Shown: positions 1-6,790 of the stretch, one piece after another | Numbering within the stretch: the first letter of the stretch is position 1 | Layout: every line of letters begins with the position of its first letter | From: a virus | Virus record (IMG/VR): IMGVR_UViG_3300032167_002503 | Length of the DNA: 20,629 bases | Direction: 5' to 3' (one strand) | Notes under the pieces: model-generated | The model's database searches: none | The model's input: the letters and a program-made list of their open reading frames with translations, nothing else | Told to the model about the DNA's origin: nothing | Position numbers and translations under genes: made by a program

Positions 1-1673
1 GAGGTGTCGGTGCTGCGGGAACGCGTCCAGTACCATGCTGCGGTAGCGGTAGAGTCACTCTGATTCTTAACACGATTGGCGTTGCTACTATAATAGCTAT
101 AAGCAGCAGAGCAACCATTGGTATATTCACCTGTTGTTGGAGCATACTGATAGCTGGCAAGACCCATCTCGTGGATAGAGGGCAGGAATACGGTTTCGTC
201 GGTATAGGCTACAGAAGAGCTATTATAGTTGGTGTTAGTTCCCTTGCTTACGGTCTTGATAGAAGCTTTTCCAGGGAAAGCGTTATAATAGCTAGTACAA
301 ATGGTCTTAGCAGTAGAGTCAGTACCTGGGTCCCATTGAGCACTAGAGCCGAAAGCTGTGGTAGTTGGTAGACAGTTGACAGTCTGCCAAGTTACAGTGT
401 TAGAACCGTCTTGGTCGACACCAATAACACGAATAGTGTGTGTGGTAGCACCTTGAACAGCACTAGACAAAGTAACACTCTTAGTTGCACCAACAATGCT
501 AGAACCACCTGTTGTTTTGATTGTAGAACCCTTGTTAGAAGCAAGGTAACTCTTCAATCCAGCAAACCAAGCAGCATCAGCAGCTTCACCAGTACCGGCA
601 CCGAAGGACCAGTATTGGGCAGAAACCGTGAATGTTGCGTTGGAAGGGGCAGTGTAGTTGGTACCAGCAGATACCTTCACCGTAATTGTCGTGGACGACA
701 CATTGGTACTTCCATTACCTTTCACAGTGATTGTTTTGCCACTGACGCTTAAAGTCAAGCCTGTTACGCTAGTAGGAGTGATACTAACAGTACCATCAAA
801 GTTACCGCTCGCAGTAACAGTTACACCGGCAGAGTAGTTGCTTGCAGTGATAGCGACAGTGGTGGGACTGAGAGATAGAGTACCTGTTGCTTTGTTGATA
901 GTCCAGTTGACATCAAGAGCAGTGGTGGTCCCATCGGCCCAACGATAATTGCTCTTCAGGGTGAAAGTGGCGGTATAAGTACCAGCATTGGTAGAAGAAG
1001 TGGTTCCACCAATGGTCATATAAGTGGTGTTATAGTTGTTCCAAGAACCTGTACCACTTACAGACTGAGCGCTACCGTTATAGGTAAGATTGCTCTTCCA
1101 GGTAGGCTTAGTGACAGATTTACGATTGACTACCACATTGAAGGTAGTGGTTTTAGTTACTCCGTTCTCTGCATAAGAAACAGTAATAGCTTGAGAGTTA
1201 GTTACAGTATTCAAAGCAGTTGGAGAGCAAGAGTAGCCAGTAACAGCCGCGGTCTTACCATCGGAGTAAGTAGCAGTAACTATCATGCCCGCTGTTGCTA
1301 GGGTATCACCATACTCATAAGAAGTCTTTGTAGGATTGGTGGTAACAGCAATCTTAGTCAACTTATGGGTTACAGTAACAGCTTGTTGAGCAGTACAAGT
1401 GACGCCACCCTCAGAATAGGTGATAGTCACAGAAGTTACGCCATCGGACAATGTGGTAGGAGAAACAGTATAACCAGTAACTTCCGTAGTAGCGATTGGC
1501 ACAGAACCAATCACATAGGTAGCTTCGACTACCATGCCAGATGCATTGAATGTATCGCCGGCAAGATAACTGGTTTTAGTAGGAGCAGTCTTAATTGCAA
1601 TGCTTTGAAGCACAACAGAACTGCCGCCGCCTCCACCGGAGCCTTGCTGTTCGGTTAAAATACACTTAGGCAA
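1..1673 (-). CDS. Large surface/adhesin-like protein with tandem bacterial Ig-like (Big_3-type) repeats. It starts at TTG (plus 1671-1673) and continues beyond the window start, so the in-window part is the N-terminal ~557 aa.
   Basis: Hand translation of the minus strand from TTG begins MPKCILTEQQGSGGGGSSVVLQSIAIKTAPTKTSYLAGDTFNASGMVVEATY.... AAGGAGG lies 8 nt upstream. An in-frame TAG upstream closes the ORF. Repeated 'TKTSY..GDT...GM.V.ATYSDG' units are characteristic of Big_3 (PF07523). The segment near window position 1 reads ...ETVFLPSIHEMGLASYQYAPTTGEYTNGCSAAYSYYSSNANRVK...AAWYWTRS, resembling the FLLS...WWLRSP motif of DUF6273-type Firmicutes surface domains. No minus-frame stop was found in the stretches scanned. 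The ORF is absent from the supplied track because it has no in-window stop. Confidence 0.7.
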   Translation of the reverse strand, partial: MPKCILTEQQGSGGGGGSSVVLQSIAIKTAPTKTSYLAGDTFNASGMVVEATYVIGSVPIATTEVTGYTVSPTTLSDGVTSVTITYSEGGVTCTAQQAVTVTHKLTKIAVTTNPTKTSYEYGDTLATAGMIVTATYSDGKTAAVTGYSCSPTALNTVTNSQAITVSYAENGVTKTTTFNVVVNRKSVTKPTWKSNLTYNGSAQSVSGTGSWNNYNTTYMTIGGTTSSTNAGTYTATFTLKSNYRWADGTTTALDVNWTINKATGTLSLSPTTVAITASNYSAGVTVTASGNFDGTVSITPTSVTGLTLSVSGKTITVKGNGSTNVSSTTITVKVSAGTNYTAPSNATFTVSAQYWSFGAGTGEAADAAWFAGLKSYLASNKGSTIKTTGGSSIVGATKSVTLSSAVQGATTHTIRVIGVDQDGSNTVTWQTVNCLPTTTAFGSSAQWDPGTDSTAKTICTSYYNAFPGKASIKTVSKGTNTNYNSSSVAYTDETVFLPSIHEMGLASYQYAPTTGEYTNGCSAAYSYYSSNANRVKNQSDSTATAAWYWTRSRSTDT

Positions 1674-1796
1674 GTTGATAACCTCCTTGTAATCTTTATC
1701 TAGAGGTTAGTATCCAAGATACCTAATAGCTAGCTTAAAGATTGAGGATGGAAGGCAATCTTTGCCCTAGTGTTTTAGAAATCCCGTAGACACTTT

Positions 1797-1823
1797 CCGA
1801 GAAAAAGTACACTTTTTAACGGG
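1797..1823. repeat. Left arm of an inverted-repeat pair. The 12-bp perfect core GAAAAAGTACAC at 1801-1812 is the reverse complement of GTGTACTTTTTC at 1965-1976. The flanks are imperfectly extended (CCGAG...AACGGG).
   Basis: The core 12-mer and its exact reverse complement sit about 150 bp apart. Chance occurrence in a 400-bp intergenic region is roughly 0.5%. The flanks match at CCGTAA with a 2-3 nt indel. Confidence 0.6.
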
Positions 1824-1905
1824 AAAATACTTCTTCGTCTAGATAATAAAAAATTGGGAAAGAGTATACATACCCTTTCCCATTACAAGTGAGTATCTTA
1901 CTCTT

Positions 1906-1945
1906 TCAATATATATAAAAAAAGCCATGGATAAATTATCCATGG
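1906..1945 (-). terminator. Intrinsic-terminator-like hairpin oriented for the minus strand. It has a perfect 9-bp stem CCATGGATA / TATCCATGG with a 3-nt loop (1925-1945). On the minus strand it is followed by CTTTTTTTATATATAT.
   Basis: Seen directly in the sequence: aaaaaaagCCATGGATAaatTATCCATGGttgccc. The T-tract is present only on the minus-strand side. The hairpin lies inside the segment bounded by the 12-bp inverted repeats, in the leader region upstream of the Big_3 gene. Confidence 0.5.
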
Positions 1946-1957
1946 TTGCCCAAAATT

Positions 1958-1985
1958 CCGTAATGTGTACTTTTTCAAAGGTCTG
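1958..1985. repeat. Right arm of the inverted-repeat pair (GTGTACTTTTTC core at 1965-1976).
   Basis: Exact reverse complement of 1801-1812. The flanking CCGTAAT resembles the reverse complement of the left flank. Confidence 0.6.
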
Positions 1986-2009
1986 GATAGATGAAAGGAG
2001 CTTTTAAGC

Positions 2010-2699
2010 TTGGCTGTAAAATGTGCGGATTGGCAATTTTTTGGGCAAAAGTGGTTAAATAAAATTGCCAATTCCGCAAGTATCTATGAGGTGATAAAGG
2101 TGTTATATGGTTATGCATGTGTTAGTTCACGAGACCAAAACTTAGACCGCCAGATCGTTGCTCTTGTTGACGCTGGGGTCGATGAAAACAATATCTTCAT
2201 AGATAAACAGTCGGGTAAGGACTTCAATCGTCCCGCCTATCAGAAAATGTTATCCACAGTTAGCCAAGGCGATATGATTCTACTTAAGTCGATCGATCGC
2301 CTTGGCCGCAACTACTCCGAAATCCTTGAGCAATGGGGCTTAATCACAAAGACCAAGGGAGTGGATATAAAGGTTCTAGATATGCCTCTACTAGATACAT
2401 CCTATTGTAAGGACATTATGGGTACCTTTATATCCGACCTGGTCTTGCAAATCTTATCCTTCCAAGCTGAACAAGAACGTACTTATATCAAGCAGCGGCA
2501 AGCGGAAGGAATAGCGGCTGCGAAACAGAAAGGCGTGAAATTCGGGCGCCCGCGCAGACCGCTTCCCGATAATTTCGATGAACTCTATGAACGCTTCCTT
2601 CGCAACGAGCCCGTCTCAAAACTAGCCAAAGAGTGCGAAGGAATGTCAGAAAGTACGCTCCGCCTACGTCTCAATGAACGATTGGCCGAAAGTGGTTAA
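2010..2699 (+). CDS. Small serine recombinase (resolvase/invertase family, ~200 aa). The most likely true start is GTG at 2100, preceded by GAGGTG; the TTG at 2010 in the ORF track is probably too far upstream.
   Basis: From 2100 the protein reads (M)LYGYACVSSRDQNLDRQI..., the classic resolvase N-terminus with the catalytic serine. The C-terminus GVKFGRPRR...STLRLRL matches the resolvase HTH domain. Confidence 0.88.
   Translation: MAVKCADWQFFGQKWLNKIANSASIYEVIKVLYGYACVSSRDQNLDRQIVALVDAGVDENNIFIDKQSGKDFNRPAYQKMLSTVSQGDMILLKSIDRLGRNYSEILEQWGLITKTKGVDIKVLDMPLLDTSYCKDIMGTFISDLVLQILSFQAEQERTYIKQRQAEGIAAAKQKGVKFGRPRRPLPDNFDELYERFLRNEPVSKLAKECEGMSESTLRLRLNERLAESG
2027..2075. promoter_or_regulatory. 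Inverted repeat GGATTGGCAATTTT (2027-2040) / AAAATTGCCAATTCC (2061-2075), with a third related half-site TTGGGCAAAAG in the 20-nt spacer. It sits immediately upstream of the serine recombinase start. It is a candidate recombinase binding site (res/operator-like).
   Basis: Seen directly. The TTGGCAA half-sites occur in inverted orientation. A TAAAAT -10-like element lies at 2017-2022. Confidence 0.4.
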
Positions 2700-2745
2700 T
2701 CAATCTTCCTTTTGTTTCAAATATAATATAAAGGAGGAATAGACT

Positions 2746-3138
2746 ATGAATATGGAAATGATTGCTCAGATTTTCGAGCTATGTATTCTCCCCCTGCTCG
2801 GTATTTTAACCAAGTTCCTCGTGGACTTCTTAAACGCAAAGCGTGATGAGGCTCATGCCAAAACCGATAGTGTAATCACTCAGAAGTATGTAGACATGAT
2901 CCACAAAACCATTACCGATTGCGTTATTGCTACCAACCAAACCTATGTTAATAGCTTAAAGGATGCGGGCACTTTTGATGAAGCGGCTCAAAAGGAAGCC
3001 TTTAATAAAACATTAAGTGCGGTGCTGGCAATTCTCACCGATGACGCCAAGGAATATATTACCGAGGCAACTGGCGATGTAAATACATATCTCACTCAGC
3101 TAATCGAGGCTGAAGTCAACAAGAATCGCAAAGCATGA
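2746..3138 (+). CDS. Holin-like small membrane protein (LL-H-type architecture). It has one N-terminal TM helix followed by a charged helical tail.
   Basis: The translation begins MNMEMIAQIFELCILPLLGILTKFLVDFL and continues with a K/E/D-rich helical region. GGAGG lies 9 nt upstream of the ATG. The assignment rests on architecture only. Confidence 0.4.
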   Translation: MNMEMIAQIFELCILPLLGILTKFLVDFLNAKRDEAHAKTDSVITQKYVDMIHKTITDCVIATNQTYVNSLKDAGTFDEAAQKEAFNKTLSAVLAILTDDAKEYITEATGDVNTYLTQLIEAEVNKNRKA

Positions 3139-3139
3139 T

Positions 3140-3172
3140 AAGACGGGCGTATAGCCCGTCTTATTTTTTTTC
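3140..3172 (+). terminator. Rho-independent terminator: 9-bp stem AAGACGGGC / GCCCGTCTT with loop GTATA, followed by ATTTTTTTTTCG.
   Basis: Seen directly, immediately after the TGA stop of the 2746..3138 ORF. Confidence 0.8.
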
Positions 3173-3204
3173 GTTAAAAAGTGGGAAAAAAATTGGCAAA
3201 ATTG

Positions 3205-3235
3205 TTCAAACAGCTTATCTCAATTTTCATATAAT
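3205..3235 (+). promoter_or_regulatory. Possible sigma-70-type promoter: TTCAAA at 3205-3210, a 19-nt spacer, then TATAAT at 3230-3235.
   Basis: Hexamers seen in the sequence, 40 nt upstream of the strong RBS TAAGGAGG of the 3277 gene. The spacer is 2 nt longer than optimal. Confidence 0.3.
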
Positions 3236-3276
3236 AATGAAAGACCAAGAGAAAAAATTTTTAAGGAGGCTTAAAC

Positions 3277-3708
3277 ATGGCAGTTAACTATCCATACTAC
3301 CCACAGTAGCAGCCGTAGCAACAGCAAATGATGAACCCGTATGTTGCACGGATGCCATATGTGGAGCAGCCCTAGATTGGAATTAAAGGCCGCCCAGTTT
3401 CTTCAATCGAAGAAGTTAGGGCGACAAGCATTGACTTTGATGGCTCCATCTTCTTCTTCCCTGACCTTGCCAATAAGAAAATCTATACCAAGCAAATCAA
3501 CATAGATGGAACATCAACGCTAAATGTGTATGAACTCAAAACTATGCCGCTCGTTGAAAACCCTAATAGTACCATCGACTCTACTCAGTTTGTAACGCGA
3601 GAAGAGTTCGAGGCAGCATTAACCCAGATAAAAGAAAAAATTGCGCCGCAACCAGTACCAGTGGTCGCGACGCAGTCGTAGAATGGCGAGCAGTATAAAA
3701 ACTTTTAA
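3277..3708 (+). CDS. Q/P/Y-rich small protein (143 aa if TAG is read as a sense codon). It contains four in-frame TAG codons (3307, 3316, 3373, 3679) and terminates at TAA 3706-3708.
   Basis: TAAGGAGG lies 7 nt upstream of the ATG. Translation with TAG=X gives MAVNYPYYPQ X QP X QQQMMNPYVARMPYVEQP X IGIKGRPVSSIEEVRATSIDFDGSIFFFPDLANKKIYTKQINIDGTSTLNVYELKTMPLVENPNSTIDSTQFVTREEFEAALTQIKEKIAPQPVPVVATQS X NGEQYKNF*. The reading frame is continuous and protein-like across all four TAGs. Under the standard code the ORF would be only 10 aa despite the strong RBS. Confidence 0.7.
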
Positions 3709-3720
3709 GGAGAGAAGAAA

Positions 3721-3954
3721 ATGACCCCAATGGAAATAATTCAAATGATTAGGAATGGACAGAACCCTCAGCAGATTACAATGAATATTCTCGAAAGCAG
3801 ACTTGGCAGCACTCCGATGGGTGCCAATTTGCTTGCTCTAGCAAAAGACAACAATACTCCAGAAATCGAGAAAGTTGCACGTAATCTGATGTCCCAAAGA
3901 GGGTTAGACTATGACAAGGAGTTGGCTTCCTTTAAGAAGATGTTTGGTCTTTAA
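3721..3954 (+). CDS. Hypothetical small protein (77 aa).
   Basis: ORF with AAGGAGA RBS. No recognisable family. Confidence 0.5.
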   Translation: MTPMEIIQMIRNGQNPQQITMNILESRLGSTPMGANLLALAKDNNTPEIEKVARNLMSQRGLDYDKELASFKKMFGL

Positions 3955-3977
3955 TAATCTTAAAGGAGGAACACTTA

Positions 3978-4829
3978 ATGTTCAACACTAACAATGGTTA
4001 TTCTTTGTCTGATATCGCGGCTGTCACAGGTTCTGGCAACAACGGAAATGGTATGTGGGGCGGAGACGGTGCATGGTGGGTTATCATCCTGTTAATCCTG
4101 TTTGCAGGTGGTTGGAATGGTAACGGCTTCGGAGGCGGCAATGGAGCTGCGGGAACCGAAGGTACTATTACTCGTACCGCTATCCATGATGGTTTTACTA
4201 CCAATGGTATTGAGAATGGCATTCGTGGTATTCAGCAGGGTCTCTGCGACGGTTTCTATGCTATGAACACCGGTATGCTTAACGGCTTCAATAGCGTGAA
4301 CAATGCTATCTGTGATGCTGGTTATGCTACACAGCAAGGTTTTAACACCACCAATGTAGCCTTGATGCAGGCTCAGAACGCTCTTGCAACTCAGCTTGCA
4401 AATTGTTGCTGCGATACTCGCGCCGCAATCCAGCAAGCAAGCTTTGACAATGCTCAGGGTATGAACGCACTCACTCGCCAGGTTGCTGATTGTTGCTGCG
4501 AGACCGGCCGCCAGATTGAGAGAGGCTTTGCCGATGTCAACTACAATATGGCAACCAACACCGGCGCACTTCAGACCTCTCTGGCTAACAGCACTCGTGA
4601 CATTATCGACAGCCAGAATGCAGGCACCCGTGCAATCCTTGATTATCTCTGCCAGGAGAAGATTGCAGACCTGCAAAGCGAGAATCAGGCACTTCGTCTT
4701 GCCGCTTCTCAGCAAGCTCAGAACAACTATCTCATTAGCGAGCTTGCGCCTAAACTCCCGGTTCCCGCATATGCGGTACCCAATCCCTTTGTGCCCTATG
4801 GGTATACTAACTGCAACACTTGTTGCTAA
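3978..4829 (+). CDS. Gly-rich, Cys-cluster-containing protein with an N-terminal TM anchor (283 aa).
   Basis: AAGGAGG RBS. The N-terminus is a G/N-rich stretch followed by a hydrophobic segment WWVIILLILFAGGW. Three Cys clusters are present: NCCCDTRAAIQQ, DCCCETGRQIE and a C-terminal NCNTCC. There is a central Q/A/N-rich repeat region. No recognised family. Confidence 0.6.
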   Translation: MFNTNNGYSLSDIAAVTGSGNNGNGMWGGDGAWWVIILLILFAGGWNGNGFGGGNGAAGTEGTITRTAIHDGFTTNGIENGIRGIQQGLCDGFYAMNTGMLNGFNSVNNAICDAGYATQQGFNTTNVALMQAQNALATQLANCCCDTRAAIQQASFDNAQGMNALTRQVADCCCETGRQIERGFADVNYNMATNTGALQTSLANSTRDIIDSQNAGTRAILDYLCQEKIADLQSENQALRLAASQQAQNNYLISELAPKLPVPAYAVPNPFVPYGYTNCNTCC

Positions 4830-4863
4830 TTAACTGACACCATAAAAGGAGAGATTTGGTTCA

Positions 4864-5286
4864 ATGGAAATTATTGCGAACGCTTTACAAACCGTAGAAG
4901 CTAATCAAAACGTCCTTTTTACCGACACTGTAGTAGGCTGCTCCAACAGCCTACTACATCGTACTGGTAGTGGACTTGTTACTCTAAGAGGTAACGCATC
5001 AACACAGTGTCGTGCGCGTTATCGCGTGTTCTTCAGCGGAAATATCGGCCTTCCCGCAGACGGAACCGTAGAAGCTATCTCCATTGCTATTGCTATCAAT
5101 GGTGAAGCTGTTGCTTCTTCCACAATGATTTTTACCCCTGTTGCCGCAGAAGACTTGGGCAATGTAGCAAGTATGGTATTCATCGACGTACCTCGTGGCT
5201 GTTGCTTTGAGGTTTCTGTACGCAATACCTCTACTCAGGCTATTGATGTGCAGAACGCAAATCTGATTGTAGAAAGGGTGGCCTAA
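4864..5286 (+). CDS. BclA C-terminal domain-like (TNF/C1q-like beta-sandwich) protein, 140 aa. It is standalone, with no collagen-like repeat region.
   Basis: The C-terminus ...AIDVQNANLIVERVA resembles the BclA CTD ending ...IIIEKVA. The preceding segment ISIAIAINGEAVASSTMIFTPV resembles the BclA beta-strand region. GGAGAG RBS. Confidence 0.5.
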   Translation: MEIIANALQTVEANQNVLFTDTVVGCSNSLLHRTGSGLVTLRGNASTQCRARYRVFFSGNIGLPADGTVEAISIAIAINGEAVASSTMIFTPVAAEDLGNVASMVFIDVPRGCCFEVSVRNTSTQAIDVQNANLIVERVA

Positions 5287-5288
5287 GT

Positions 5289-5939
5289 ATGACAGAAAGA
5301 CTAAAAAGAATGAAAGAAACTCTAGCCTCTTGTGTCGAAGGGCAGCTTGGCAATCTGCAAAACGTCGATGCAAAAGAACTTGGCGAAGTAGTAGACATGG
5401 TGAAAGACCTTGAAGAGGCTATTTATTACTGTACTATTACAAAGTCCATGGAAGAAGCCGAACAAAAAGAAAAGCATACCGAGCATCACTATTATACGCC
5501 TATGTATTATCGTGATATGGATCGTTATGACCGTGGTAGAATGTACTACCCAATGATGGAAGAACCAATGTACTATGACGGCCAACCTCGCGACTCCCAG
5601 GGTCGTTTTATGGATGATGGACGTCGTCAGTATGGTGGCAATGGAAATGGTGGCGGCAATGGTGGTTCCACTCGCCAGTATCGAGAAATGGAAATGCCTA
5701 TTGACTGGAGAGATGAACGCGAAGGCCGCAGTCCCATGAGCCGTAAAATGTACATGGAGTCCAAGGAGATGCATAAAGATAAGGCCACTAAGCTCAAAGA
5801 CCTAGAGCACTACATGAAGGAATTGAGCGAAGACGTGGTAGAGATGATTAAAGACGCTAGCCCAGAAGAGAAGCAACTCTTGGAGAAAAAGATTAGTGCT
5901 CTTGCTACCAAGGTTGGTTCTTTGAACACAAGTGCTTAA
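5289..5939 (+). CDS. Tyr/Met/Arg-rich low-complexity protein (216 aa) with helical N- and C-terminal regions and a disordered Y-rich core.
   Basis: The core reads HHYYTPMYYRDMDRYDRGRMYYPMMEEPMYYDGQPRD...GGNGNGGGNGG. No recognised family. Confidence 0.55.
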   Translation: MTERLKRMKETLASCVEGQLGNLQNVDAKELGEVVDMVKDLEEAIYYCTITKSMEEAEQKEKHTEHHYYTPMYYRDMDRYDRGRMYYPMMEEPMYYDGQPRDSQGRFMDDGRRQYGGNGNGGGNGGSTRQYREMEMPIDWRDEREGRSPMSRKMYMESKEMHKDKATKLKDLEHYMKELSEDVVEMIKDASPEEKQLLEKKISALATKVGSLNTSA

Positions 5940-6243
5940 TATCAATGGGGAGGAGTGGAGACTGCTCTTCACTTCCTCCAATCATCCCGCGCTTATGAGA
6001 AGCGACGGCTCCTATACAATAGGCGCCTGTGACAATACGACAAAGGCTATCTATATTCGAGAAGGATTACCGCCAGCTCTCACAAAGAAAGTTCTATGCC
6101 ATGAGCTAACCCATGCTGCAATGTTTAGCTATGATGTAGAACTGTGTCTAGAACAAGAAGAATTGCTAGCTGATTTAATAGCCACATATGGTCAAGAGAT
6201 TATATCCATGACGAATGGTATATTCTCGAGACTAAGAAAATAA
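5932..6243 (+). CDS. Short ImmA/IrrE-family (M78-like) metallopeptidase-domain protein with an HExxH motif (103 aa).
   Basis: ...TKAIYIREGLPPALTKKVLCHELTHAAMFSY matches the 'I.IN..l....rRFTLAHELGH' core of COG2856/DUF955. Its start overlaps the upstream gene's end. Confidence 0.55.
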   Translation: MLNINGEEWRLLFTSSNHPALMRSDGSYTIGACDNTTKAIYIREGLPPALTKKVLCHELTHAAMFSYDVELCLEQEELLADLIATYGQEIISMTNGIFSRLRK

Positions 6244-6279
6244 GGGGAACCCAATCAAGGGTTCCCCTTTTTCTTATTG
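6242..6279. terminator. Bidirectional intrinsic terminator: 11-bp stem AAGGGGAACCC / GGGTTCCCCTT with T-tracts on both strands. It is shared by the convergent plus operon (TAA at 6241-6243) and the minus module (TAA at 6274-6276).
   Basis: Seen directly. The stop codons of both convergent genes abut or overlap the hairpin. Confidence 0.8.
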
Positions 6280-6714
6280 TTGTGCTTCTTCGTGGGTAGG
6301 CAAATCCATCACTTTGTTGTAATACTCCTCCGCCTGACCGTTTCCGCCAAGTCCATGGTATACCTTATAGAACTCGCTTAACTGCTCGTACTATTCTTGG
6401 GTGGTATATCCTTGTTTAATGTAGATTCTACACAGTTGGACTAACCGAAAGCGGTATGAAGAAATGATTAAATCTAAACGTGCCTAGTTTGCGACTTCCG
6501 TGTTTAACACGTGTTTTCGCAATTCCTCGATTTCTTCCTTTATCGGTTGAAGCTTGGTCTCAATCGCTTCATCCAAGTCTTCGCGCTTCTCGTTCTCTAA
6601 AAGAGTTTTATAGTTCTTCAACTGCTTAGAGAGATACTTACAACCTGCAAGAGCGCCCGCAGAAATTAAGCCGAAGACTATTTCCAAAAGGTGTTCGGTG
6701 ATAAAGGCTCCCAT
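6274..6714 (-). CDS. Membrane-anchored coiled-coil protein (146 aa with TAG read as sense). It has an N-terminal TM helix with BhlA/holin-like architecture. There are two in-frame TAGs (6484-6486, 6391-6393), and the gene ends at TAA.
   Basis: AAAGGAGGA RBS. The translation MGAFITEHLLEIVFGLISAGALAGCKYLSKQLKNYKTLLENEKREDLDEAIETKLQPIKEEIEELRKHVLNTEVAN X ARLDLIISSYRFRLVQLCRIYIKQGYTTQE X YEQLSEFYKVYHGLGGNGQAEEYYNKVMDLPTHEEAQQ* stays protein-like for 70 codons beyond the first TAG. The supplied track truncates it at 76 aa. Confidence 0.6.
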
Positions 6715-6790
6715 AAAAGAAAATCCTCCTTTCTTCCACTTCTCTTATTATTTCAAAGTTTAATAAGAAGGATTAACTTATTTGGCCCAA

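Noticed and set aside
171-1658. Plus-strand ORFs 171-371, 411-752 and 1365-1658 from the six-frame track.
   Set aside because: They lie antisense within the long, repeat-structured minus-strand Big_3 gene. Their translations are low-complexity (S/T/N/C-rich) and have no start context. They are judged spurious.
2010-2099. The TTG-2010 start for the recombinase (N-terminal extension MAVKCADWQFFGQKWLNK...).
   Set aside because: The extension overlaps the inverted-repeat operator-like site and has no resolvase homology. The GTG at 2100 with an upstream GAGGTG places the conserved YGYxRVSS motif at the expected N-terminal position.
1680-2100. Searched the large intergenic regions (1680-2100, 3140-3276, 7960-8116) for tRNA genes, in particular an amber suppressor, and for CRISPR repeats.
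   Set aside because: No cloverleaf-compatible segment or T-loop-like GTTCGAATC motif was found, and no regularly spaced direct repeats. The suppressor tRNA, if any, must lie outside this window.
5580-5680. The GNGNGGGNGG stretch in 5289-5939 and the G/N-rich N-terminus of 3978-4829 as possible collagen-like (G-X-Y) repeats.
   Set aside because: No G-X-Y triplet periodicity is present. They are simple low-complexity tracts.
3998-5774. Several overlapping and antisense ORFs: 3998-4222(-), 4092-4715(-), 4483-4833(+), 4999-5373(-), 5019-5225(-), 5322-5774(-).
   Set aside because: They overlap better-supported plus-strand genes that have strong RBSs, and their translations are composition artefacts of those genes.
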